A DNA stretch of 33,801 nt from Octopus bimaculoides (Eukaryota). This document shows positions 1-10,675 of this stretch, in pieces (positions within the stretch are counted from its first letter, which is position 1; each line of letters begins with the position of its first letter). Below the pieces are notes generated by a model. It was not told where the DNA came from and did not search any database. It was given only the letters and a program-made list of their open reading frames with translations. The stretch covers positions 196,598,183 through 196,631,983 of the forward strand of contig NC_068981.1 in assembly GCF_001194135.2 (NCBI RefSeq), written 5' to 3'. The position numbers were made by a program, and so were the translations under genes.

Positions 1-286
1 TGTGAGGGCCACCTAAAATAACTTGAAACCATGGTACGGAATATAGATTGGTAAATGTTTTTATTTTTCATTCCCTTTCGAAATTATTCCTATTTTTGTG
101 GTATAGAGTTATTTGCTGCTCTTTCTAGCGGGTCAGATGTCCTATTATAGGCATCTCTGTATTTTAAATGAATAATATATAGTCTATTGACTGATTTTTA
201 TTCTCGCTAGACCACTGATGGTAAATAAAATTCCTAAACTTTTTTTTGCTGCCCTATAATTTATTAATATATATATATACACACAC

Positions 287-449
287 GACGGGCTTCTTTC
301 AGTTTCCGTCTACCAAATCCATTCACAAGGCTTTGGTCGGCCCGAGGTTATAGTAGAAGACACTCGCCCAAGGTGCCATGCAGTGGGAGTGAACCCGGTA
401 TCATGTGGTTGGTAAGCAAGCTACTTACCATTCAGCCACTGCTGCGCCT
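287..449 (-). mobile_element. tRNA-derived SINE family A, 5' half (head + CORE-like segment)
   Basis: Minus strand reads GGCGCAGCAGTGGCTGAATGGTAAG (A-box-like) ... GGTTCACTCCC (B-box-like), then ACCTTGGGCGAGTGTCTT (CORE-like). Homologous to 1017-1142, 1321-1428 and 17043-17110. Ends at a TA/CA microsatellite. Confidence 0.9.
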
Positions 450-761
450 AAATGTACATGCATAATAAAATTTAAGCAAAACGATGAAAAAAAGTCAACA
501 TAGAAAATTACTGTTCAGGACCATTGATCTACGAAAACTAAAAATCGATAGTTTTCTCAAGGCTATCAGTTAGGTATCGATACTTATCAAATGTAAACAA
601 GTGCAGAACTATTCTTGTAAATGACGTAAAAGATATTAGAACCGATTTGGGGAGATGCTACCGAAAACAAAACATTTGGTTATTTGCTAATCATTCTTCA
701 AACGGGATGTGACACGTGACTGCAAGGAACTCTTTAAATTAGAGGAAAGAAAAATGATTAC

Positions 762-1142
762 CTTTTATTCTTTATCTTTTATTTGTTTTAGTCATTAATG
801 TGGAGCCATGCTGGAGCACCGCCTTGAAGAATTTTAGTCGGCCCCAGTACTTTTTTTGCATTTCTAATGCCCGGCACGTATTCTATCGGTTCTTTTGCCG
901 AAACGCTAGAGTTATGGGGACGTAAACACACCAAGATCGGTTGTCAAGCGATGGTGGAGGAGAACAAACACAGACACACAAGCACGCACACACACACATA
1001 TATATATATATGTATATGACGGGCTTCTTTCAGTTTCCGTCTACCAAAACCACTCACAAAGCTCCGGTTGGTCCGAGGCTAAAGTAGTAAGACTGAACTC
1101 GGAACCATGTGGTTGGAAAGCTTGCTTCTTACCACACAGCCA
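762..1142 (-). mobile_element. SINE family A, near full-length copy with internal microsatellite
   Basis: Head at 1095-1142 matches 287-449; internal (TA)/(TG) tract about 968-1016; the 3' body AAGGCGGTGCTCCAGCATGG...TGACTAAAACAAATAAAAG matches 18517-18710 and 26445-26625. Confidence 0.9.
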
Positions 1143-1320
1143 AATAAAGAGAAGAGAAAACAAATTCAAAGGCCGATGTATATATTCATTCAATCCATAT
1201 TAACGAAATTCTCCATGGTATACAAAGTACATACATAGATGCATTCATCTATATGATATATAAAGAATTTCTAAGAATTTCTAAATCTATAAAAAAATCA
1301 TAAATGTATATACATACACA

Positions 1321-1428
1321 TCGTTTTCTGCCTATCAAATCCACTTACAAGATGCCATGGAGTAGAACTGAACCAGAAACCATGTGGTTGGGAGGCAGAC
1401 ACCTTACCGCACAGCCACGCCTGCACCT
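1321..1428 (-). mobile_element. SINE family A head, internally deleted
   Basis: TCAAATCCACTTACAAG and AACCATGTGGTTGG...CTTACCGCACAGCCAC align to 287-449 with about 43 nt missing. Confidence 0.8.
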
Positions 1429-2215
1429 GTTTCATTCACTAGAATTTTAAAAAGAGTTCCTTGTAAACTATTTCCTGATAGAAAACAAAAGATACAGACC
1501 CGGGGTAGCTGTACAACTCTGCTATTAAAACGGATCATCAGATGAAAATCTCTTTGCTTATTATGAAAATGACATTGAGGGCTATGTTGTCGGAAAGCTT
1601 CAAAATGACAATAACAATGACAAGGCATAATAAAGGAGTTTGTCTTGGAGCAAGAGTAAGTGTAACATGTCTGAGACGGAATGGTAGGTTTGTGAAATCG
1701 AAGAAAAGAAAACATGATAAACAAATAATGCCTGGTGCACGAAAAGAAAATGGATTTAAGTAAAGCGACATCGATATGGCAAGCAGAGTGGCAGACTATG
1801 AGCTGAATCCCGAGAACAAGAAACACATCGTAAACAGGCAACATCACGATGTCGTCTGCCTGTAAGACATGATGTGTTGGTAGAACAATATGGAGGACGG
1901 ACCGTGGCGGACAGTCGTGAAGAGAGAATATTAGAATGAAGACGGAAGTGTCTTCAGAAAATACTATATCCATTGGTGTAAAACATGTCTTTCTCTCTCT
2001 CTCTTTCTCTCAAAATACCTGGAATAAGAATTTCCAATTTTTGGAACTTAGAGCATCTCTATTGATATTTGATACTTGGATAAGTTACGGCCAGAATTGG
2101 CCCTGGAAAGGATATTTTAAAATGTTTAATAATGTTTCATGTTACTGTCATTCTTTGGGCACCTTAGCACCCTCGAGTAAAAAGTTATTCTTGACAATAT
2201 ATTGTACAGCTTGAA

Positions 2216-2415
2216 GGCGGCGAGGCTGGCAGAATCGTTAGCACGCCGGGCGAAATGCTTTGCGGTATTTCGTCTGTCTTTGCGTTCTAAGTTCAAAATC
2301 CGCCGGGGTCGACTTTGCCTTTCATTCCTTCAGGGTCGATAAATTAAGTATCAGTTGCGTACTGGGGTCGATCTAATCGACTGGCCCCCCTCCTCTTGTG
2401 CCTAGAATAGAAAAG
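2216..2415 (+). mobile_element. tRNA-derived SINE family B, full-length
   Basis: GGCGGCGAGGCTGGCAGAATCGTTAGC (A-box-like) ... AAGTTCAAAATCC (B-box-like) ... CTTGTGCCTAGAATAGAAAAG. High identity along its length to 13100-13312. Confidence 0.9.
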
Positions 2416-2505
2416 TATATGTTGTACATCTTTTAGAGCACCAAATTTTCTAGTAACATGGCTGAGTCATTCCTTATTTTTACCGAAGAATGTACATAAG
2501 TGGAC

Positions 2506-2637
2506 TCACACACACACATACATGTGAGCACATAAAGAAGTATATATACACGTATATTAAAGTATATGGGTATATGCATGTTTGTATATATAAATATATA
2601 GGCATATATATATATATATATATACAAGCATACAAAC

Positions 2638-2674
<37 letters not shown>

Positions 2675-2704
2675 CATCATGTATGTATACATACAGATAT
2701 ATAG

Positions 2705-2747
<43 letters not shown>

Positions 2748-2827
2748 CATGCATACATGTATACACATTTGCATGTATGTATATATATATGCTTATATGC
2801 ATATAATTTTATGAATATATCTGTGTA

Positions 2828-2872
<45 letters not shown>
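2506..2872. repeat. Compound (CA)n/(TA)n/(TG)n microsatellite
   Basis: Direct inspection; boundaries approximate. Confidence 0.95.
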
Positions 2873-3218
2873 ATAGACACGGTGCAAGTAGGTGTTGATC
2901 GTATCGTCACAGCTGCAATGTTCATATTACTCTAATATATGATGCACACACACACTCCATCTTAACGACGTCATGACCGTTGTACATAATGTGAAGGTGA
3001 GGAGCAAGAGGGGGAGGAAAAGGCGGGAAAGGGGTTTGCAGTAAATGCTTGTGTTTGGTGTTATTAACAACTGAGGTAACCTGTTATTATGTGTCCCACT
3101 ATCATATAATGGTATATCCACATGTGGGGGCGATGGCTGTCCCCTTAACGCTGCGATTTACATGGCAATACAACCACACCTGGACAAACACGGAACGTAA
3201 TGTCTAACACACACATAT

Positions 3219-3470
3219 ACACACAGATACTACTGTGCATCGCCGTACTGGGGTATAAACACACACACGCATTCAAAAACTAATGCACTTACACATACAC
3301 ACACACACTCACTCATACACACACACAGATGCTATCGTTCATGGTCACACAGGTGTATAAATACACACATGCACCCACTCGCACATATACACAGACACAC
3401 AGATGCTATCACATGTATAAAGTGATACAGGAGTACAAACATGCGCCCGCGAACACACACACACAGATGA
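3219..3470. repeat. Degenerate CA-rich minisatellite (4 units)
   Basis: ACACACAGAT anchor at 3219, 3321, 3395 and 3459; units 2 and 3 both continue GCTATC, and GTATAAA/GTACAAA recurs in the units. Confidence 0.55.
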
Positions 3471-3926
3471 GACTTGAACAAGAGAGAAAATACTCGATAG
3501 GCAGCCCTCAGTACATACTCTGTTGTCGGTAAAACGATTACATGTGAAAGGAAGGACATATGGATCGCGTCCCAGCCTGGACACGTGATTCTAAGTCAGA
3601 CGGAAATTGTTACTTCCGATGTGTGTGGCTGAGACGCTAAGAAATCTTCTACGCTTTCCAGAAGTCGGAGTTTCAATCACGCGCTGGCATCTTGGTCGTG
3701 GGATATTTAATATATACTCGGAGAGATGGAGAGTGGGCTGTGTGAAGGCACGTCCCATGCAAACCGTAATTTTTGTTTTCTGTTATTGAAAAGAACAATC
3801 ATGTTTGAGTCTTTCACATGTATCACGTGGATTCCATCGGAGAAGCAGTTTAATTCTCGCAACATGCTCCATAATTCAGTGAACAGGGAGATTATTGACT
3901 GATCAACTCCAATATTATAGTCATTG

Positions 3927-3927
<1 letters not shown>

Positions 3928-4002
<75 letters not shown>
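3928..4002. repeat. (TG)n microsatellite
   Basis: Direct inspection. Confidence 0.97.
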
Positions 4003-4004
<2 letters not shown>

Positions 4005-4006
<2 letters not shown>

Positions 4007-4385
4007 CATTATTCAGTTTTATTCCAAGATTTTTTGCCAACAAAGAAAGAAACGGTTTCTAACCTAGATCCAAGGCTCTTTCTTCAGAATTTCAACATCA
4101 ACAAGAGGATAGTTTTCCATGTATGTATGTATGTATGTATGTATGTATGTATGTATGTGTGTTTTATGTATGTATTCTCATGCATATAGTTACATATCTA
4201 GACATTCTCATATATATTTAAATGACAGACTTTTGGGAAGTTTTACACATTTTTACAGTTCCAGTGATAGATTGGATCTGTAGTCTTCCAATTTCTCCTT
4301 TCTGGTTTTGGGAAGCCTAATTTCTCAAGATATGTATGTGGGTCAGTATTCGTTATGAGCGAGAGAAACAGTATTCGTTCAAAAT
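4005..4385 (-). mobile_element. 3' end of a non-LTR retrotransposon, probably R4/Dong-like (RLE-type)
   Basis: Minus-strand translation across one frameshift gives YLEKLGFPKPERR / IGRLQIQSITGTVKMCKTSQKSVI* (stop at 4218-4220), resembling the C-terminus of RLE-type LINE ORFs as recalled. It is followed by a UTR with internal (TACA)n (4118-4158) and AATAAAACTGAATAATGAT abutting (AC)n. Clade call is an inference. Confidence 0.5.
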
Positions 4386-4676
4386 AGCCGATTGATAGCG
4401 ACATCACAGACTTGTTAATCCCTGTTTTACTAATATCAAGAACAGGTGATTTTGTCTTAGCATGGTTGCCAGCGGATAATTATAACTGACGAAGCGCATA
4501 CAAGCAGAAATAGGTATTTAGCAATAGCAGCCAGGTTGTACGATTTTCGCTTGCTTCTAATGCTTTTCTATGGATTTCTTTTAACGCTATACGTTTATAA
4601 GAGATGTTATAGTATTTCTTATAGTTTATCATCCTTTCAACGATGTATATGCTTTAAGTATGATACACAAACGATA

Positions 4677-4799
4677 AATGTGTGTGTGTGCATGTATGTG
4701 TGTGTGCATGTGTGCGCGCGCGTGCTTCTGAGTATAAAAATATACACGTATAATATAATATTATATATATATATATATAACAACACATACACACAGACA

Positions 4800-4841
<42 letters not shown>

Positions 4842-4881
4842 TATATAAACACATACGCACAGATAAACATATATATATATA
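4677..4881. repeat. Compound TG/TA/CA microsatellite bordering an assembly gap
   Basis: Direct inspection. Confidence 0.9.
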
Positions 4882-5828
4882 NNNNNNNNNNNNNNNNNNN
4901 NNNNNNNNNNNNNNNNNNNNNNNNNNNNNNNNNNNNNNNNNNNNNNNNNNNNNNNNNNNNNNNNNNNNNNNNNNNNNNNNNNNNNNNNNNNNNNNNNNNN
5001 NNNNNNNNNNNNNNNNNNNNNNNNNNNNNNNNNNNNNNNNNNNNNNNNNNNNNNNNNNNNNNNNNNNNNNNNNNNNNNNNNNNNNNNNNNNNNNNNNNNN
5101 NNNNNNNNNNNNNNNNNNNNNNNNNNNNNNNNNNNNNNNNNNNNNNNNNNNNNNNNNNNNNNNNNNNNNNNNNNNNNNNNNNNNNNNNNNNNNNNNNNNN
5201 NNNNNNNNNNNNNNNNNNNNNNNNNNNNNNNNNNNNNNNNNNNNNNNNNNNNNNNNNNNNNNNNNNNNNNNNNNNNNNNNNNNNNNNNNNNNNNNNNNNN
5301 NNNNNNNNNNNNNNNNNNNNNNNNNNNNNNNNNNNNNNNNNNNNNNNNNNNNNNNNNNNNNNNNNNNNNNNNNNNNNNNNNNNNNNNNNNNNNNNNNNNN
5401 NNNNNAAACAAACACGACTGAAAAACAATACTTTCGCCTTCGCTAAGGCGGAGGTAATAATTAAATCATTGTATTGGGCAAAACTTCATCAGAAGAATAG
5501 AAAAGACATACTGTTAGGTTATTAGGCGTTGTGTTTTCAAATCATCTCAGCAGCCTGAATATTATTTTCAGTATATAAATCCATACACACACACACATAC
5601 ACACACGTATATATACATATACACACACTCATACATATACACACATACATAGACACACATATGTATACATCTATAAATATGCAAACGTCAGTGTATAAAT
5701 ATGTATGTACGTATATGCGAATGTATGTAAGTGGTTTTAGCATTGATACATGTTAAAGTTTTGGTCAGACATGCAGATACGCACACGCACACAAGTAAAG
5801 CAAATAATCAGACAAGCATGAACGCAGG

Positions 5829-5860
5829 AGATAGACAGACAGACAGACGGAAGGACGGGC

Positions 5861-5937
<77 letters not shown>
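5829..5937. repeat. (GACA)n then (GATA)n microsatellite
   Basis: Direct inspection. Confidence 0.95.
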
Positions 5938-5939
<2 letters not shown>

Positions 5940-6047
5940 AAAGTATGAAGACAGATGAAGCTACGTAATGTCTGCCCCCAGATTTGGTGAAAATACTTCA
6001 CTGCAACGCCTCTCTGTCCCTTTCGCAGATAACTATCTCGAAATGAT

Positions 6048-6078
<31 letters not shown>

Positions 6079-6265
6079 AAGAGAGTTAAAAGGGTGTAGG
6101 GTGATGGATGGATCGGGGCGGAGAGACAAAGGGGCCAGTGGGGCTCTCTTATCTCTCAACAACAGACACAATCTCTTTAGCATGGACCCTAATTCTTTGC
6201 AATATATTGTAATTGCAGTTCACAAGAATTAATCAATGACACACTTTCTCCAGCGCCAATATCTA

Positions 6266-6298
6266 ACACCACCACCACCACCACCACCAGCAACACTA

Positions 6299-6339
<41 letters not shown>

Positions 6340-6363
6340 ACTACTACTACTACTACTACTACA

Positions 6364-6397
<34 letters not shown>
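6266..6397. repeat. Compound trinucleotide array (CCA)(CTA)(CTG)(CTA)
   Basis: Direct inspection. Confidence 0.95.
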
Positions 6398-6443
6398 GCC
6401 ATTAACGCTGCGGCCAGTACAAATATCACGCTATTCATTACAT

Positions 6444-6451
6444 TCATCATT

Positions 6452-6514
<63 letters not shown>

Positions 6515-6639
6515 TTTGTCGTCATCATCGTTGTCATCAACTCTACATATTGAAAGATCATTCCCTAGCAACGCTACCACACTCACTGACACAACCTTGC
6601 CTCAAGTACAAAGCATCATCATCATCATCATCATCATCG

Positions 6640-6677
<38 letters not shown>

Positions 6678-6758
6678 GTCATCATCATCATCATCATTAT
6701 CAACAACCTTATCATCAGCATCATCACCATCATTATCCTCATCACCATCACTACCATT

Positions 6759-6796
<38 letters not shown>

Positions 6797-6810
6797 CATC
6801 ATCCACCATT

Positions 6811-6853
<43 letters not shown>

Positions 6854-6877
6854 CCACCATCATCATCATCATCATCA
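6444..6877. repeat. Two (CAT)n arrays separated by about 70 bp of unique sequence
   Basis: Direct inspection. Confidence 0.95.
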
Positions 6878-7422
6878 TGGCTTAGATTTTCAAAAGAGGA
6901 ATCAGGAAGGGAGTTTGTTTGTGTTCCGTGTAGTTAGTTTTGTTGCTACCTGACCAGGCGAATGCAGGATAGGGATCTCCGTCTGCAGCAGCGACAAGGG
7001 CAAATCTCTCCTGGATTCTTCGCCTATTTCCTTTCGCCAATTCTTCGTGTGTTCTTGAAGGCTTTCGCCATCAGAGGCAACAGTAAACCGTTGTCAATAC
7101 TCAGAGAGAAACGGACAACAATGGAATTCTTCAGAGATTCTTCGGATCTTTTCTTCTTTACGTTCTTGTTACGGTGACTCGTGAGAGAATTCACACTACA
7201 GAACAACCTCGGCCCAGCAAAGATTCTCTCTCTTGGAAATGTCCCCCACCAAGAGCTGCTGTGTCTGTAATAGCATGGCTATGGTCCACCTTTCCAACGA
7301 CTTTGAGGTTAGTAACATATGAAGGTGGGTTGTAAAGTTTACAGGTTGACTATGAAGGAGTGATGCTAGAGATGGGGAATCTTGCATGCAATCTTTTCAA
7401 CCCTTCTTATTAATAATTACAT

Positions 7423-7478
7423 TTCTGAGTTCAAATTCCGCCAAAGTTTTGGACCTTGTGCCTAGAGTAGAAGAGATT
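7423..7478 (+). mobile_element. SINE family B remnant with large internal deletion
   Basis: TTCTGAGTTCAAATTCCGCC (B-box region) is joined directly to AAAGTTTTGGACCTTGTGCCTAGAGTAGAAGAG (3' end); compare 13100-13312. Confidence 0.75.
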
Positions 7479-7575
7479 AATAACTGCATTGTTTCTTTCC
7501 TGGTAAACTGACATACACCTTAGAAAATTACTATTTTTAAATTTCACAACGAGAAATATTCAGCAACAGTACTTT

Positions 7576-7909
7576 GGAGTAAAGATTGTTTGCCAACATA
7601 ACATGGCAGTCCTGGTTTAGGACGAATGTTGCTGTAATTTAGCTCCAGGAGACATCGTCTCCAGCTGGCTATACGACATGATCTGTGTCCTTATATTTTC
7701 AAACAAGGGAATCTAGCACCCCCACTCAGTTCAAAACAATATTTGTGTATCGCTATTTCCGGGTTATTTCTTTTCATCAGCACAGAATAATTGTTCGGCT
7801 AGAGGTGGCGCTGCCAAATTCCCGTTCGAAATATAAAAATTTCAAAGTGACAACTAGATCAGTGACTAAACCATGACTGCCATGTTATGTTGGCAAAAAT
7901 CTTTACTCC
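7576..7909. repeat. 45-bp inverted repeat pair with 245-bp spacer
   Basis: The reverse complement of 7576-7620 matches 7866-7909 at 43/45 positions (one substitution, one 1-nt indel). Confidence 0.92.
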
Positions 7910-7967
7910 TGACATATACCTTTTCAAAGAAGACTTCAAAAGTTATTAGTAGCGACTTCTCTTCAAA

Positions 7968-8899
7968 ATCGACAAAATTTGGCATCATGCTGTTATCAGG
8001 TACCTGCAAAAAAAGGGTTTAACTCCACCCAAGAACATTCATGCTGACATGATTGCTACGTTAGAGTATGATGCTCCAGTTTTATCATCAATGCAAAAGT
8101 GGGCAGCTGAATTTCGGAGAGGAAAGGAGAGTCTCGGAGGTGACCCAAAGTCTGGACGTCATGTAACTGCCACCACCGAGGAAAACATTGATCGTGTTCA
8201 TCACATGATGATGGATGACAAGCAAATGACTCTAAAACAAATAACCAATGCTGTTAGAGTTGAGAATATTCTGCTCAATGAACTCGGCATGACGAAGGTT
8301 TCTGCTCGGTGAGTGTCACGTCTTCTGACAATTGATCAAAAGCGCTCCGGGGCCGATCACATCAAGGGAAAATCCGACATTGTTTGAGGTAGATCCAGCT
8401 GGTCTGTTTGAACGTTTCCGAAACCAGGAGGAGTGTTGGATTGATGACTGAGCCAGAGACAGACAATCCACGCAGTGGTAACACCCCTAACCCTAACCCT
8501 AACCCTCCTCACCTGATCCAAAGAAGGCCAACGAGGTTTCACCAGCAGGGCAGGTGAAAGCCTCGGTCTTTGGGGGGATGCAAAAGGTATTGTGTTTATT
8601 GACTATCGTGAAAAGGCCACACCACCATTAGCATGGTTTGAGGCAGGTCCGGCTGGTTTCCTTGATCGTTTCCGAAGCCAGGGTGAGTGTTCGATTCATC
8701 TGTTTGAGCCAGAGACAAACAGACAATCCATACAATTGAAATAGCTCGACCTCACCTGCTCTAAATGTCATTTCATCTGCGGGGCAGGTAAGGGCTTCAG
8801 CTTCTTGGGAGGCATTGTTTATTGCCTATCTTCATAAGGGTCACGCCATCAACGGATAGTACTATGACAAGTTACTGAGGCAGTTACGGAAGTCTATCA
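7968..8899 (+). mobile_element. Decayed mariner transposase, irritans/Himar1-like subfamily
   Basis: With frameshifts and stops: (M)DKIWHHAVIRYLQKKGL...KWAAEFRRGKESLGGDPKSGR...LGMTKVSAR*VSRLLTIDQKR...FERFRNQEECW...W*HP[insert]SSPDPKKA...AGQVKASVF...KGIVFIDY...YYDKLLRQLRKSI. These are the HTH, WVPRxL and first catalytic-Asp regions of mariner. The C-terminal YSPDL region is absent. Confidence 0.95.
8485..8506. repeat. Short interstitial telomeric repeat (CCCTAA)3 CCCT
   Basis: CAC CCC TAACCC TAACCC TAACCC TCC TCA inside the mariner reading frame. Confidence 0.85.
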
Positions 8900-8900
8900 T

Positions 8901-9062
8901 CCTTGTCACATTCTATGTCCCGCTGAATCTCCATGAGAACTACGTTAAGGGCACGCCTGTCAGTGGAGTACTAAGCCACTTGAACGTTAATTTCACGAGT
9001 AGGTTGTTCCGTTGATCGAATCAACTGGAACATTCATTGTCGTCGTAACCGACGGAGATCCA
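8901..9062 (+). mobile_element. 3' part of interspersed repeat family C (probable SINE tail)
   Basis: GAGAACTACGTTAAGGG...GTGGAGTACTAAGCCACTT...TTTCACGAGTAGGTTG...GTAACCGACGGAG is the reverse complement of 33563-33763. The SINE identity is recalled; no head is present in the window. Confidence 0.8.
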
Positions 9063-9229
9063 CGTGTAATATTTATAGACTATATGTAACTATAGACTCT
9101 ATGTTAAGATTCAGTTCGTATGTGGTGGCCGTTGTTGTTAAAGGGATGTTTTACATAGCGATTGTATCAGCGGCACCTGCAGCAAGTTCTTTGACGCAAT
9201 CATAACCATCTCCATCACATCCATCAACA

Positions 9230-9411
9230 TAAACCACCACCACCACCACCACCACCACCACCACTACTGCCATCAGCAGTCGCAGCAGTATCATCATCAA
9301 CATCATCACCATTATCAACATCATCATCATCATCATCATCATCATACTCGTCATTGTCATCATCGTTATCATCATTTGTCATCATCACCATCATCATCAT
9401 CATCAACATCA

Positions 9412-9442
<31 letters not shown>

Positions 9443-9482
9443 CATCATCATCACCATCATCACCATCGTCATCATCATCATC
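9230..9482. repeat. (CAC)n/(CAT)n arrays
   Basis: Direct inspection. Confidence 0.93.
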
Positions 9483-9748
9483 ATCGTCATCGTCATCATC
9501 ATCATCATCATCATCATCATCGTCATCGTCATCGCCATCGACACTTCAATAATATTGCCAGCAACATGTGCACCAAGAAGAACAACAATAACAATGAGAT
9601 TAAAGAAAAACATTTCGAAAACTAACAACAACCACAACCACAACCACATCATGTACATCAAACGAATCAGTGAACGTTAAACAGCAACGTAAACAACAAC
9701 CGCACGAACATCAACAATAACAACACCATCAGCAACAGTAACAACAGC

Positions 9749-9749
9749 A

Positions 9750-9781
<32 letters not shown>

Positions 9782-9826
9782 CGCGTGTGTGTGTGCGTGT
9801 GTGTGTGCGTGTGTGTGTGTGTGCGT
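9749..9826. repeat. (TG)n/(TGCG) microsatellite
   Basis: Direct inspection. Confidence 0.93.
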
Positions 9827-10675
9827 ACGCGCTAATTTGTTGTGTGATGAATACTCCCGCAAACATTACCGCCACCACCGCCACCACNNNNNNNNNNNNN
9901 NNNNNNNNNNNNNNNNNNNNNNNNNNNNNNNNNNNNNNNNNNNNNNNNNNNNNNNNNNNNNNNNNNNNNNNNNNNNNNNNNNNNNNNNNNNNNNNNNNNN
10001 NNNNNNNNNNNNNNNNNNNNNNNNNNNNNNNNNNNNNNNNNNNNNNNNNNNNNNNNNNNNNNNNNNNNNNNNNNNNGTGTGTGTGTGTGCGTACGCGCTA
10101 ATTTGTTGTGTGATGAATACTCCCGCAAACATTACCGCCACCACCGCCCCCCCCCATCACCAACGCCACCGTCACCGCAACCACCATCACCGCCGCCACC
10201 ACCACCGCCGCCACTATCACCACTCTCATCACCACCCGATATTACTTTGTGTGTGCGTCCAATCTGGATGGATTAATCAGATTACGAATTCGTGGTCTGT
10301 GGAGCCGAGTAGCCGAAATTATGGCCACCCCATACGATCTAGATGGGTTGGTGCGGTTTGTCTAACTACATTTGTCTATGTACACCTGGAACATCCAATC
10401 TGTACCTGTCTGAAAGTTGAAAGTACTTGGCAGGGTTTGTTATTACTCTTCATAAGACGCCCTTACTCGTCACCTCTCTTATCGCATATTTGAACACAAT
10501 CCCAGGGAACGTCTAAAATGCCATTCCAGTCACACTCTAATCCTAATGAGTGGAACTTTTCTCAGAATTACACTTCCATAGAACCCTTTCACTGTGCTCC
10601 TCGGTCGCGATTCAATCGGGTACTAGCCTAAAGGTACCACCTTCGCTGCTATGGGGTTTAAGATCACAGACTTAG

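Noticed and set aside
1404-1973. 189-aa minus-strand ORF and an MEDGPWRTVV motif on + resembling an RTE C-terminus
   Set aside because: No recognisable domain; a single short motif is too weak to call.
6880-7400. Complex sequence with short ORFs on both strands
   Set aside because: No recognisable motif; it cannot be distinguished from a decayed TE or unique DNA without a search.
9810-10148. Identical ~72-bp sequence on both sides of the gap (9810-9882 and 10077-10148)
   Set aside because: Most likely an unmerged contig overlap, so an assembly artefact rather than a real duplication.
10316-10334. AAATTATGGCCACCCCATA resembling a Tc1/mariner right TIR ending in TA
   Set aside because: No partner TIR was found, and it lies upstream of the transposase fragment in the wrong orientation for its left end.
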